DNA of 64,000 nucleotides. It comes from a candidate division WOR-3 bacterium (GTDB taxonomy: Bacteria > Hydrothermota > Hydrothermia > B15-G9). The DNA lies in the NCBI GenBank assembly GCA_015489175.1, contig WGAI01000067.1, positions 1,799-65,798 of the forward strand. The letters are read 5' to 3'. The notes beneath the pieces were generated by a model, which was not told where the DNA came from, did no database searches, and worked only from the letters and a program-made list of their open reading frames with translations. Each line of letters starts with the position of its first letter. Position 1 is the first letter of the stretch. The position numbers and the translations under genes were made by a program. Shown here one piece after another: positions 28,581-39,919 of the stretch.

Positions 28581-31500
28581 ATGAAGAAGATTTTGTCTAT
28601 TTTTATATTGGTGATGGCGGTATCCAATGCAGCTGCGTCTCCGGTTTACATTACGAATGTCGAAGTGGAGCCCAATCCATTCAGTCCTAACGGTGATGGG
28701 AGGGCGGATACAACAACTTTCTCATTCATACTTAGTGGCTATGTGGATACTGTCTATCTAAGGATATTCCGCGATTCGCTTAACACGAGCACAGGGCTCA
28801 GAGACACTGTAATCGACTCTATCGTCGCTGTCCTTACTCCTGGAATTCAGGGTGCCAATGTGATGGCATGGACTAATGTCGAGACCGATCCATCCATATT
28901 GCCGGATGGGCCGTATCACTATTTCATTTACGGTAGCGATACGACGGACACGGCCACAGGTATCGTCTATATAGATAGACAGCCACCTACAATTTACAAT
29001 GTCTCTGTGACACCCAACCCATTCAGCCCAAATGGAGACGGTATCAACGACTATGCTCACATTGCGTTTTCGGTCACAGGCAGTTACCGCCCTGAGGACA
29101 GCCTGTTTTTCCGTAAGCCACCTCTGGGCATTGGTTATCTTCAGCTGTGGTATCAGAACGGTGCAGGTCATGGCGTGTTTGTGGCCAATGCAAAGGTAGA
29201 TTCAGCGGATGGACATGTCGATAACATCATCGAATTCCCTTATCCGGTGTATCTCGCTCTGGCTGTCGGTGGACTTCAGGGGCTTGAGCAGGTCGATCTT
29301 AGGTTCTTCGATTACGCCAACAGGGCCATCGACATTACGGCTCAGCCAAATGAGGACATAAGAATTGGAATACCAGAAACTTACCTGTTGAACAAATTTA
29401 TGTATTTCTCCTCAAGTTCGTTCATCGTGACGAACATGGACTCTCTTGATCCAGGAGTTTCAATCCTGATACCTGTTTACGCATTTACTGGTAACGCATC
29501 GATAACGATCACTGACATCAACAATCAGGTTGTAAGTGTTGTTGATTTCGTGGATGTTTACAGAGGAGATGGTAATTACTTCACGGATTGGGGGCCTGAC
29601 AACATACCCGACGGCCTTTACACATTCAGCATTCAGGCACAGGATGAGTCCTACAATGTGGAGCTTTACACGGGCAATGTGATAGCCAATTCGATACCGA
29701 CAAATGTCGATTCCCTGACCGTTTCACCGTCAGTTATCTCTCCAGCTAACCTTGATGGGCGAGCTGACGCAGCGCTCGTGCAGTTCTCCATCTCCGAAGA
29801 AGCCCATGTGACTGTCAGGGTTTATAACTCTGCTACACAGTGGGATACAACGACGCTTGTCAGGACTTTGATAGGCGATTCTGTCATGCAGGGCGGCAGC
29901 CACTCCTTGACATTCGACGGAAGGGACAACAATGGGAATTTCCTCGCACAGAACAGTGACAGCACATACACCGTCGTCGTCACAGCTTACGATCCATATA
30001 CCCTCGATTCGGATGTCAAATCGGCGCCGATAGTTGTGGACAATCTTTCGCCGTCCTTTGACACACTTTACATCAACACTCTGGTCAACAACACCATCGA
30101 TACCCTTTACGGAAAGGTAAACGAGCCGGGTAGTGAAATTCGCGTCTTTCGCAACGGATATCCCATAGGCATAGCCATCGCCGATTCCATAACGGGTAAC
30201 TTCTCGCTTGTTGTCACCTATGTTGAGGGCATAAACACATTTACAGCAATCGCTTACGATGCAGCATACAACAGTGACACGGCGTCCGTCACGGCTCTCT
30301 GCGACCTTCATGCCCCGACACTGGCCTCAAGTTCGCCTTTCGACGGCGAAGCATTCCAGACTTTCACGATCGCAAACGGCAAAGCTGTTTTGATCGATAG
30401 CATCTATCATGACAGTGCATCTGGTATCGATTGGGCCACCGCATCGGTTCATCTCTACTACGAAAATTATCTCAGAGACACATATCTTGGTTCCCCGATA
30501 ACGCATCTCGGGGATACGCTTTTCATCCCGTTCATCACGGATTCAATAAACGCCCACAGCGGCCATTACAGGCTTATCGTTTCGGTTCAGGACAGGGCAG
30601 GCAACACGATGTTCGATACCGTGAGATTTACGGTCGATAGAGTTGCTCCGACTATTGTCACGATTCCAGATTCCGGTTCACCTACGAACATGCTGGATAC
30701 GGTGATGGCAGTAATTCGGGACTCGATATCTGGCGTTGACACGATCAGCACTACCGTGTCACTTGAGAAACGCAATGTGAGAACGATCGAGGGAACCACT
30801 TTCTGGCGTGGAGATACGGTATTTTTCGTGCCACTTTCTCCGATACCGCGCGATGGCTCTGATGACGGCGAGTATATCTTTGCCGTCGATGCCGTGGATA
30901 AGGCCGGAAACTACACTCCAAAGCGCTCTTTGATTATTTACGACACAAGGCCGCCGCACATAACGACATTCTGGCCGCCTGACAGCTCAACTTTTCAGGA
31001 TTCTGTGACAGGGATCGACACCATATTTGCAGTTGTCAACGACAGCTTTGGCAGTTTCGCCGGCTCAGGCCTTGATGTCAACTTCTCGCTCATAAGGCTT
31101 GTGAACACAAATAACGGGCAGGGTGTGATCGGAAATCAGATCTATCATGGCGATACTCTGAAATGGGCGATCGACCCAACGCTCTACGATCCGGCATACG
31201 GGTTCAATGAAGAGGGCACATACATGATAACCGTCACGGCTACGGACAGCGCTGGCAACTCTGCAGACACATCATCGACATTTATCATCGACCTGAGCAG
31301 CCCGATCGTGACCGAGGTCTATCCAGCTGACAGCGCTTATGTGAATGCGAGCCCTGAAAACATCCACGCCATCGTCGTTGAGAGGGGAAGCGGGATAAAC
31401 AAATCCGCATCTTACATCCACATTTACAGGCCTGACGGTGGCGAGGTGCCCGGAACATACACTTTTGTGGGCGATACCCTGCTGTTCTCACTCGAAAATC

Positions 31501-34500
31501 CGTTCCCTGAGGACGGGACATGGGACGGCCAGTTCACCATAGTCGTTCATGTGGAGGACAATGTCGGCAAGACGGTCGAGGACACATTCCACTTCATTTA
31601 TGACACGCAACCGCCTCAGGTTGTGTGGTCCACGCCGTCTGACAGTTCCTACCTCAACCGCAATTTCGAGACCGATTACAACAGGACCATTAAAGTGCGG
31701 TTGAGCGATGCAACATCCGGACTTGATTTCGGGACAAGCGGACTTAGCATCCTCGTGAACTGGGAAAACTACAACGCCTCACCGTCCAACTACCTGAGGT
31801 TGCCGCCAGATACGCTTGGCTTCCACTTCGATAGCCTAATTGAAGGCGAGATTGAAGTTGTCGTCTGGGGCTACGATCACGCTAACAACCTGTTGAACGA
31901 TACTCTGATCCTCATTGTGGATACCACAAAGCCGAGCGTGGTCTTTGTTCCGGACAGCGGGACTATGACAAATTCGCTCAGCACATTCTCGGCCTACATT
32001 CGTGACCTGTTTGCCGGACCTGACACGGCCAGCACACACCTTGCGGTTTACCGGCTGGACAGCCCGTCCGACACCACTTCGATCGGCCTTGACCATTACG
32101 AATGGCTCGGTGACACCATCGTGTTCTACCCGTATCCTCCGATCGCAACCGATGGGTCAAACGATGGCGAATATCTCATAAGGGCCTATGCTTACGATAA
32201 GTCTGGCAATGTCGATTCAAGCCGAATTTCAACGATTTTCTACGATTCAAAGCCGCCTTATGTCGTTTCTCACTCGCAATCGAGCGGTGCAGATACGCTC
32301 ATAACCGATACGCTGAGCGAGATCTGGGTTCTGCCGTCTGATGCCAACGGATTGAGGTGGGTGTCCGGGATTGATACCAACGGCACTCAGGTCTCAGTTG
32401 TTAACCAGTTCGGCGCTGCGATTGCGGGACACCGTGAATGGCGCGGCGATACGCTCTTTTTCGTGTTCGATAACCCTATATCGGCCGATGGCCGCTACAC
32501 GGCGAGGGTCTATATGGCCGACCTCGTCGGCAACACATCCACGGATAGCTTCAGGTTTGTGGTTGACCTGAATTCACCTCAGATCACATGGAGCGACCCG
32601 GCAGACAGCTCCTATGTCAACTCACCGCCGAACGAGATCAGGATCTTCATTCAAGACCTTGGAAGTGGTGTCAACTTCAATGCGTGCTCGGTCGTGGTTT
32701 ACACGCCCAACATGGGCACGGTCCTCGGTCACACCGAGGTCAGGAACGACACCATCGTCTTCGTGCTTGAGGAGACACTGCCGACGGACGGCTCCGCCGA
32801 CGGCGTTTACACCGTTTTGGTATGGGGTCAGGACAACAACAACAGGCCGTTGTCACCTTCCAATCCCGATACGCTGATGTTCACATTTGACACGCAGGTG
32901 CCTCAGCTCGTGAGCTACTATCCGACTCGCGATACGGCACTTAACCAGTTCAATTCGCCCGAATTCGGGCCTGACACCATATTCGCAAGGCTTAGAGATG
33001 CGACAGCCGGCGTGGATCTCACGACAAGCGACCTGACCCTTCTCAAATACGGGTTGCCTATAAGCGGTGTGGCAGTCACGCGGCGTTCAGCCGATACCAC
33101 TTTGATAATGGCCCTGCCATCAGGTCTTGAGGAGGGCAGATATTCGTTCGTCGTCAAAGAGGTCGATTTCGCTCACAACCTCAAGCGCGATAGCATAAAC
33201 TTCGTCTATGACCTCACAGGTCCGGTGATTTCGGCGCTGATGCCAGACAGCGAAAAACTTAACATGATCGATTCGATCGACATCTCGGTCATCGACACGC
33301 TCGCAGGCACTGACACCATGCAGACGAACCTGACTGTCAGACTGTTAGATGCAGGCCGCACGATCGGCGGTGATATAGTCTGGCTGGATCCTTCAACTGT
33401 CAGGTTCGTCCCTGATCCGCCGCTTGCCACAGACGGCTCCGATGACGGACTTGTTGAAGTGGAAACGCATGGATTTGACATGGCAGGGAACGGCTCTGTC
33501 GATACTTCATACCTGATTTACGACACGAGGCCGCCTCGCATTGTGGACGACAGAATCGATTTCTTCCGCGATACGCTAACGCACACGCCTGTCGGCAGTC
33601 TGGTCATGCCGACGGACACCGTAATCGAGGACAGTTTCTTCGGGCTCAGGGTCGCTCTCGATGACAGCTATTTCGGCCGCACCGTTTCCGGGATTGACCC
33701 CGTCAGGAGCACTGCATCGCTCACCTATCAAGGAGGTGCAGCTATACCCGGCATAACGATGGTCAGCAACGATACGCTCTACCTCACGCTTTCCGATACC
33801 ATTCGTGAGGATGACAGGTTCACCGCACGGTTCAACATCGCGGACGAAGCGGGCAACAGCAGCGAATACGAACATAACTTTATCGTTGACCTTTATCCGC
33901 CGGTTCTCGCCGGCACTGTGCCGCCAGATGGCGGATTTATCAATTCACCTCCAACCTATGTGGCGGCCAGCATCTTCGATAACGGGAGCGGTGTCCTTAT
34001 GGACACTTCAGTTACGAAGATCACATTGATCGCTCCCGACAACCATATCGTGCTTGGCTATAACGAATTTGTGAACGATACGCTTTATTTCAGGATCCAG
34101 GAGAACATCGATTCCACGGGCATTGCGGATGGCACATACACGATGATCGTTCGGAGCATGGACAACAGCGGCAAGGGATTTGTTGATACGCTTAGCTTTG
34201 TGCTCGACACGCAGCTGCCGTCCCTCGATTCATCGCTGGCTGTCGTGAACGGAAACGAGTATCCGCTTGAGGATGGGTATTTCAATCAGGCGCCTGATAC
34301 ATTGTGGTTCTACCTCAGCGACAGAACGTCCGGAGCCAACCTCCTTTCGAGCGGAGTTTCGCTCCACAGATACGGCCAGCTTCTTGAGACATCCATTGTT
34401 AGGGATACGGTCAATGATAGGCTTGGCATCGTGCCACTCTCACCGCTTGATGATGGGCGATATTTCGCACGAGTAAGCGTTGTTGACCGTGCTCTCAATT

Positions 34501-37500
34501 TCCTCGTCGATACAGTTTCTTTTGTGATCGACCGTGTGGCACCAAGCATCGATGTGCAGCCCGAAAACGGCGTTGCAGTTAATCGACTCGACACGATAAC
34601 GGTTTACCTCAACGATACGCTTGCAGGAATTGATACGATTACAACCACCGTGTCGCTCACAGGCCCGAACGGCGATGTGCCTCTGAATGTCAACTGGATA
34701 GATGGCGTTCAGGCCATTTGCACCCCTGTTCAGCCGCTTGCCACCAACGGCTCGGACGACGCAGACGACTATGTGATCTATGTTGAGGCCTACGACAAAG
34801 CTAACAATGTATCCGTGTCAAGTGTGCATATAACTTATGATACACGGCCGCCTTATGTTACCGAGAGGTTCCCGGATTCACTCTCACTTGGCGATGTCAA
34901 TTCTGTCTGGGTCAGGTTTGCCGACTCGTTGAGCAGCTCAGTTCACGGCTCAGGAGTGGATTCTGTGCTCTCGATCATCCGCCTGACTCGTGCTGAGACG
35001 GGCGAGGCGATACCGGGTCAGAAGATTGTGCGCGGCGATACTCTGATTTTCAACATAGATGCCGCTTATGCACCGCTTGCAGATGGAAGATACAAGTTCT
35101 ATTCAATCCTTTACGACAAGGCTGGCAACATGGATAGCCTTGAGTATGAGTTCGTCGTTGACACGCGCGGCCCATCGCTTGTTTGGAGCATGCCGCGCGA
35201 CAGTGGATTTATAAACTACCAGCCGCAGGCCATTTACGCATTAATCGCCGATGAGGGCACAGGCCTGAATTACGACACCGCACTTACAAACATTCGGGTT
35301 CAGGGGCCGGATGGCAGATATCTGATAGGTTACAACGAGTTCATCGGCGACACGCTTGTCTTCCACATAACGGATTCGTCCCTCATTGATGGCTACTACA
35401 ATGTAGAAGTCAGGGCGCACGATATGATAGGAAGGCCTTTGAACTACGCGCCTTCCGGAAGCTACGATTCTGTTCAGGTGCTGACATTTGCGATAGACCG
35501 CAGGCCGCCAACTCTCGCATGGAGTTATCCCGCACACGACACGGCAATTCAGAGGCCGGAGGGGCCGTATGTGGTTGAATTCAACGATCTTCTTGCGGGC
35601 ATAAACCTCTCATCAAGTGGCGCGGATCTGATGCATTACGGCGTGCCCGTTGAGATAAACATCACTCGTGTGGATTCCGGCGATGTGGTGATCGGCAACG
35701 ATACGGTGCATGTGACGAACGCACTGGTTATCCAGCCTGTTGATAGCGGCAGTTTCGATGTGGAAGGCCGCTATAAACTCGCGGTTATCGGCGTCGATAA
35801 GGCTTTGAATGTCGTGCAGGATACGATACAGTTCATAGTTGACAGGCAACCGCCTGAGCTGACATTTTATCCTGCCGATAGCAGCTACCTCGATTCTATC
35901 GATAGAATTTATGTGATTGTCAGCGATACGCTTGCAGGTGCGAACAATTCGTCAATCGATTTCGCACTGGTCGGCCCGAACGGTGACATGAGTGGCACCT
36001 TGAGCTGGTATGGCGATACTGCTGAGTTTGTGCCCACCAACCCGTTCCAGCCCGGCGGATATTACGATGGGAAATACAACATTATCGTTTCGGCTTACGA
36101 CCGCGCCATGAACATGGCTTATGGCAGGTCCGATTTCATCTACGACACCAGGCCACCCTATCCGACGATGTTCTATCCGTCTCAGGATTCCGTCGTGCCT
36201 CGTCCTGTGTATTACGCATGGATGAGGCTGACAGATGTGTATGACACCATGCGCGAGGTGTCCGGTGTGGACATAGGCGCGTGCCAGATCGGTGTCCTCG
36301 ATCCGGATGGTGTTACCGTGCCAGGCAACATGGTGTTCGAGGGCGATACTGCGATAAGATGGAGCTTCAGAAACGCAATCATCAGGGATGGAAGATACAC
36401 GGTCTGGGCGAAGTATTACGACCGCGCTGGCAACTTCGATAGCACATCTTACGAGTTCACGCTCGATTTGAACCCGCCTGTGGTCGTTTGGAGCTCGCCT
36501 GAGGACAGCAGTTACATAAATCACTCAATTCAGGATGTGCAGGTGGTGCTTGACGATCGCGGCGGCTCAGGAGTGAATCCGGATTCATCTCGCCTATATC
36601 TCGTTGGACCGAACGGAGATACGCTTTTGGGATCCTTCAGCATAAGCAACGACACGCTCAACTACCACCTCGTTAGCCCGCTGCCGGCCGACGGCTCAGC
36701 GGATGGAGTTTACAGGATGCTGGTGCACGGCAGGGACTATGTGAACGACCCAGCAGTCATCGGCGACCACACCATAGATGATACCCTGATGTTCGTTTAC
36801 GATACCCGTGCGCCATACCTTGTAGCATCTTATCCAATTGACAACGCAATGCTTAACACGGCGCCAGAGACCCTTTGGGTGCAGCTTGGAGATCAGCTCT
36901 CAGGCGTCTCGCTTGGAACGAGCAACCTGACGCTGTTCGTCAACGGCCTCATCGTGCCGGGCACGGTCTATCGCGATGTTGTTCACTCAAGGCTGATGTT
37001 TGTGCCCGATAATCCGCTTACGGACAACGAATACAGCCTTCTCGTCTTTGCAAGGGATACTGCCACCAACGAGTTTGTCGATACGGTAAACTTCATCGTG
37101 GACACTCAGGAGCCGGATGTCGTTATAACGCCCAATGATGGTGCGACCGTCAACCAGCTTACGGAAATCACGATGTCCGTTGAGGACAACATGTCAGGTG
37201 TGGATACGACATTGAGTTACATAAATGTCACAGGGCCTAACGGCGTGGTTGCCGCTCAGAGATATTGGACGGGCGACACGCTTCATTTTGTGCCGACGCC
37301 TCCGCTCAGAACGGATGGCAGCGATGATGGCAGATACACTGCTGCTGGCGTTGGTTATGACATGGCAGGCAACATAGATGTGAACACGATCAGCTTCATT
37401 TACGATACCAGACCTCCGTTCGTTCAGGAATTTTATCCTCAGGACATCCAGATAATGCCGCTGAGAGCGGTCTGGGCAGTTGTGTCCGATACGCTGCCCG

Positions 37501-39908
37501 GCAGGGCTGTGTCAGGCGTGAACTTCAGCGCTTCGAGAATTAGGCTCTACACAGAAAGCGGTGCGATTATACCCGGCTCGCAAGTGTATCGCGGCGACAC
37601 TCTAATATGGCAACTCACGGATTCGCTTGTGACAGAGGGGAGATACAGAATCTGGGTGTATCTCGAGGACAATGCCGGCAATGTGGATAGTGCCGAGCAT
37701 TACTTCACGATCGACCTCGCAAATCCGGTGGTTCAGGTAACATATCCTGATTCTGCGGGCTATGTGAAGGATACACTTGCAAGTGTTTGGGCCGCATTTG
37801 GAAATGCGTTCTCAGGCATGAACTGGGATTCCAGCGTCACGCGCATAGAGGTGCTCAACCCGATGGGCGACCAGTTGCCCGGATACCACACACACAGCGG
37901 AGACACGCTGACCTTCAACCTCTCCGTGCCGATACTCCCGAACGGCATCCGCGATGGATTTTACACGATGCGCATCTTCGCTCAAGACAACGCTGGTAAC
38001 TCGCTCTCGCCGCTCAACCCGTGGGTCGGCTATTTCATCTACGATTCGAGAGCGCCGCGCGTCGATTCCACGGTTCCACGCAACGGCGCAGTCGATTACC
38101 TGCTGCGTGACAGCGTTTGGGCCTCGATATCCGATGAATACCCCGGAATTGATTCGGTGTCAGGTGTTAACACAGCAACATCGACGATCGAGCTGTTCTA
38201 TCCCGACGGTTCAGGTGTGCCGGGCTACGGAGGAGTGTTCAGGAGTCGCGCCGTGTTCTACATCTATCAGGGCACGAACTTGCCGCCCGGCGACTACATG
38301 ATGGTGCTGCACTTAGAGGACCGCGCTGGCAACATCACAGACGACACGGTCAGGTTCAATGTCGGCGAAAGGCTCGTGATCACGGACATTGAGCCGGATT
38401 CCGGCGCATTCGTCAATCGGCTTGACACGGTCAGGGTCACCATCTGCGATAGGCTCGGCGTCGGAGTTGATACGCTGTCGAGCGTCAGGGTTTACGATCA
38501 GGGCGGTAACATGCTGCCCGGCCACTTCGAATACATGGGACCCGATACCGAGCTGACATTCATCTATGTGCTCGATTCGACGGTTACCAGATCCGGCCGC
38601 TACTTCATAAATGTTACGCCGCTGTCAGTTGACGGCGTCGTCGGCCAATCGAGGACTTACGATTTCATGCTTGACGCTGTTCCGCCTCAGCTTATCACAT
38701 CCTCAGTGGAAGACGGCGACACGCTTATCCGTTCACCTCAGGAACTGTTCGTTACTGTCGGCGACATAAGCGGAATTGACACCACCAACACATTCCTCAG
38801 GCTGTTCGATCCATCGTGGCGACCGGTTGGCGGCCATGTTGAGTTCAGGTTCGGAGGCAAAGACGGTTTCAACAAACTGCTTGGAATTGACGATGGCAAG
38901 CTCGGCGACACCATCGTCTTCGTGCTTGATAGCACATTGAAGGTGGAGGGAACATATTATTTCTACAGCTACATCACCGACATAGCGGGCAACACGAAGA
39001 TCGACACCATAAGTTTCGACTATCTGCTCCCGATAGAGGTGCGGACAAATCCGCGCTCAGGCGAAGTCGTAACCACTCAGCTTACGGCGGTTTACGCCTA
39101 TGTCAAAGACAGGACAGGACTTGGGTTGCAATCCGTTTCTGTCTGGCTGTCCCACGCAAACCTCAACGACACGATTCCCGGTACTCAGAGCATGTTGAAC
39201 GATACGACATTTGCGTGGACGCTCGATCAACCGCTTGCAGTCGATGGTTCCGATAACGGAGGTTACAGGGTCAATGTTGTGGCATCCAACGGCGGCGGTG
39301 ATGTTGTGACTGGAACGGCGCTGTTTACCTACATCGTGGATCAGGTTCCGCCGCCAAGGCCGATCATATCTCCGGATGTGCCGACCGATGTGTGGTATGA
39401 TACCCTGACGGTCATCGGCAAGACCGAGCCCTATGCCCTTGTCACAGTCGTGATTAACGATTCGACGACGCGAATAACTCAGGCGGGACCGGACAGCATC
39501 TTTGTGTTCGATACGCTCAGACTGGTGTTTGACACTACGAATGTCCTGAAATTTGTTGCGGCAGATGCATTTGGCAACATAAGCGATACGACGGAATTAG
39601 AAGTTAAAGCGGCACCGCCATCGTTCAGCGTTGCGCCTTCCATGCCGTTTACAGATGCTGACCATGTGTTCAGGTTCTCTCTGCCGCAGAGCGCACATGT
39701 TACCGTCACGATTTACAACCTGAGAGGCGACAAGCTCGCCACACTGGAGGCCGACTTGCCGATGGGCAAATACCTGACCCTTAACTGGGATATGAAGAAC
39801 AACGATGGACAGGATGTCAACAATGGGCCATTGCTTTATGTTGCTGAGGTTGAGTATGCGGATGGCACGAAAGACAGGAAGAAGGACATCATAATTGTGG
39901 CAAGGTAA
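28581..39908 (+). CDS. Giant (3775 aa) secreted Ig-like repeat protein with FlgD/T9SS-like domains; putative adhesin or surface protein
   Basis: Signal peptide; N-terminal PNPFSPNGDG motifs; roughly 30 modules of ~105-115 aa ending in DxxPP with DxAGN; C-terminal VTIYNLRGD...WDMKNNDG..VNNG. Confidence 0.88.
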   Translation: MKKILSIFILVMAVSNAAASPVYITNVEVEPNPFSPNGDGRADTTTFSFILSGYVDTVYLRIFRDSLNTSTGLRDTVIDSIVAVLTPGIQGANVMAWTNVETDPSILPDGPYHYFIYGSDTTDTATGIVYIDRQPPTIYNVSVTPNPFSPNGDGINDYAHIAFSVTGSYRPEDSLFFRKPPLGIGYLQLWYQNGAGHGVFVANAKVDSADGHVDNIIEFPYPVYLALAVGGLQGLEQVDLRFFDYANRAIDITAQPNEDIRIGIPETYLLNKFMYFSSSSFIVTNMDSLDPGVSILIPVYAFTGNASITITDINNQVVSVVDFVDVYRGDGNYFTDWGPDNIPDGLYTFSIQAQDESYNVELYTGNVIANSIPTNVDSLTVSPSVISPANLDGRADAALVQFSISEEAHVTVRVYNSATQWDTTTLVRTLIGDSVMQGGSHSLTFDGRDNNGNFLAQNSDSTYTVVVTAYDPYTLDSDVKSAPIVVDNLSPSFDTLYINTLVNNTIDTLYGKVNEPGSEIRVFRNGYPIGIAIADSITGNFSLVVTYVEGINTFTAIAYDAAYNSDTASVTALCDLHAPTLASSSPFDGEAFQTFTIANGKAVLIDSIYHDSASGIDWATASVHLYYENYLRDTYLGSPITHLGDTLFIPFITDSINAHSGHYRLIVSVQDRAGNTMFDTVRFTVDRVAPTIVTIPDSGSPTNMLDTVMAVIRDSISGVDTISTTVSLEKRNVRTIEGTTFWRGDTVFFVPLSPIPRDGSDDGEYIFAVDAVDKAGNYTPKRSLIIYDTRPPHITTFWPPDSSTFQDSVTGIDTIFAVVNDSFGSFAGSGLDVNFSLIRLVNTNNGQGVIGNQIYHGDTLKWAIDPTLYDPAYGFNEEGTYMITVTATDSAGNSADTSSTFIIDLSSPIVTEVYPADSAYVNASPENIHAIVVERGSGINKSASYIHIYRPDGGEVPGTYTFVGDTLLFSLENPFPEDGTWDGQFTIVVHVEDNVGKTVEDTFHFIYDTQPPQVVWSTPSDSSYLNRNFETDYNRTIKVRLSDATSGLDFGTSGLSILVNWENYNASPSNYLRLPPDTLGFHFDSLIEGEIEVVVWGYDHANNLLNDTLILIVDTTKPSVVFVPDSGTMTNSLSTFSAYIRDLFAGPDTASTHLAVYRLDSPSDTTSIGLDHYEWLGDTIVFYPYPPIATDGSNDGEYLIRAYAYDKSGNVDSSRISTIFYDSKPPYVVSHSQSSGADTLITDTLSEIWVLPSDANGLRWVSGIDTNGTQVSVVNQFGAAIAGHREWRGDTLFFVFDNPISADGRYTARVYMADLVGNTSTDSFRFVVDLNSPQITWSDPADSSYVNSPPNEIRIFIQDLGSGVNFNACSVVVYTPNMGTVLGHTEVRNDTIVFVLEETLPTDGSADGVYTVLVWGQDNNNRPLSPSNPDTLMFTFDTQVPQLVSYYPTRDTALNQFNSPEFGPDTIFARLRDATAGVDLTTSDLTLLKYGLPISGVAVTRRSADTTLIMALPSGLEEGRYSFVVKEVDFAHNLKRDSINFVYDLTGPVISALMPDSEKLNMIDSIDISVIDTLAGTDTMQTNLTVRLLDAGRTIGGDIVWLDPSTVRFVPDPPLATDGSDDGLVEVETHGFDMAGNGSVDTSYLIYDTRPPRIVDDRIDFFRDTLTHTPVGSLVMPTDTVIEDSFFGLRVALDDSYFGRTVSGIDPVRSTASLTYQGGAAIPGITMVSNDTLYLTLSDTIREDDRFTARFNIADEAGNSSEYEHNFIVDLYPPVLAGTVPPDGGFINSPPTYVAASIFDNGSGVLMDTSVTKITLIAPDNHIVLGYNEFVNDTLYFRIQENIDSTGIADGTYTMIVRSMDNSGKGFVDTLSFVLDTQLPSLDSSLAVVNGNEYPLEDGYFNQAPDTLWFYLSDRTSGANLLSSGVSLHRYGQLLETSIVRDTVNDRLGIVPLSPLDDGRYFARVSVVDRALNFLVDTVSFVIDRVAPSIDVQPENGVAVNRLDTITVYLNDTLAGIDTITTTVSLTGPNGDVPLNVNWIDGVQAICTPVQPLATNGSDDADDYVIYVEAYDKANNVSVSSVHITYDTRPPYVTERFPDSLSLGDVNSVWVRFADSLSSSVHGSGVDSVLSIIRLTRAETGEAIPGQKIVRGDTLIFNIDAAYAPLADGRYKFYSILYDKAGNMDSLEYEFVVDTRGPSLVWSMPRDSGFINYQPQAIYALIADEGTGLNYDTALTNIRVQGPDGRYLIGYNEFIGDTLVFHITDSSLIDGYYNVEVRAHDMIGRPLNYAPSGSYDSVQVLTFAIDRRPPTLAWSYPAHDTAIQRPEGPYVVEFNDLLAGINLSSSGADLMHYGVPVEINITRVDSGDVVIGNDTVHVTNALVIQPVDSGSFDVEGRYKLAVIGVDKALNVVQDTIQFIVDRQPPELTFYPADSSYLDSIDRIYVIVSDTLAGANNSSIDFALVGPNGDMSGTLSWYGDTAEFVPTNPFQPGGYYDGKYNIIVSAYDRAMNMAYGRSDFIYDTRPPYPTMFYPSQDSVVPRPVYYAWMRLTDVYDTMREVSGVDIGACQIGVLDPDGVTVPGNMVFEGDTAIRWSFRNAIIRDGRYTVWAKYYDRAGNFDSTSYEFTLDLNPPVVVWSSPEDSSYINHSIQDVQVVLDDRGGSGVNPDSSRLYLVGPNGDTLLGSFSISNDTLNYHLVSPLPADGSADGVYRMLVHGRDYVNDPAVIGDHTIDDTLMFVYDTRAPYLVASYPIDNAMLNTAPETLWVQLGDQLSGVSLGTSNLTLFVNGLIVPGTVYRDVVHSRLMFVPDNPLTDNEYSLLVFARDTATNEFVDTVNFIVDTQEPDVVITPNDGATVNQLTEITMSVEDNMSGVDTTLSYINVTGPNGVVAAQRYWTGDTLHFVPTPPLRTDGSDDGRYTAAGVGYDMAGNIDVNTISFIYDTRPPFVQEFYPQDIQIMPLRAVWAVVSDTLPGRAVSGVNFSASRIRLYTESGAIIPGSQVYRGDTLIWQLTDSLVTEGRYRIWVYLEDNAGNVDSAEHYFTIDLANPVVQVTYPDSAGYVKDTLASVWAAFGNAFSGMNWDSSVTRIEVLNPMGDQLPGYHTHSGDTLTFNLSVPILPNGIRDGFYTMRIFAQDNAGNSLSPLNPWVGYFIYDSRAPRVDSTVPRNGAVDYLLRDSVWASISDEYPGIDSVSGVNTATSTIELFYPDGSGVPGYGGVFRSRAVFYIYQGTNLPPGDYMMVLHLEDRAGNITDDTVRFNVGERLVITDIEPDSGAFVNRLDTVRVTICDRLGVGVDTLSSVRVYDQGGNMLPGHFEYMGPDTELTFIYVLDSTVTRSGRYFINVTPLSVDGVVGQSRTYDFMLDAVPPQLITSSVEDGDTLIRSPQELFVTVGDISGIDTTNTFLRLFDPSWRPVGGHVEFRFGGKDGFNKLLGIDDGKLGDTIVFVLDSTLKVEGTYYFYSYITDIAGNTKIDTISFDYLLPIEVRTNPRSGEVVTTQLTAVYAYVKDRTGLGLQSVSVWLSHANLNDTIPGTQSMLNDTTFAWTLDQPLAVDGSDNGGYRVNVVASNGGGDVVTGTALFTYIVDQVPPPRPIISPDVPTDVWYDTLTVIGKTEPYALVTVVINDSTTRITQAGPDSIFVFDTLRLVFDTTNVLKFVAADAFGNISDTTELEVKAAPPSFSVAPSMPFTDADHVFRFSLPQSAHVTVTIYNLRGDKLATLEADLPMGKYLTLNWDMKNNDGQDVNNGPLLYVAEVEYADGTKDRKKDIIIVAR

Positions 39909-39919
39909 GGAGGCAAGAC

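Noticed and set aside
28581-39908. Diversity-generating retroelement or DNA-level tandem repeats in the giant gene
   Set aside because: Repeats are visible only at protein level; no reverse transcriptase or near-identical TR/VR pair seen.
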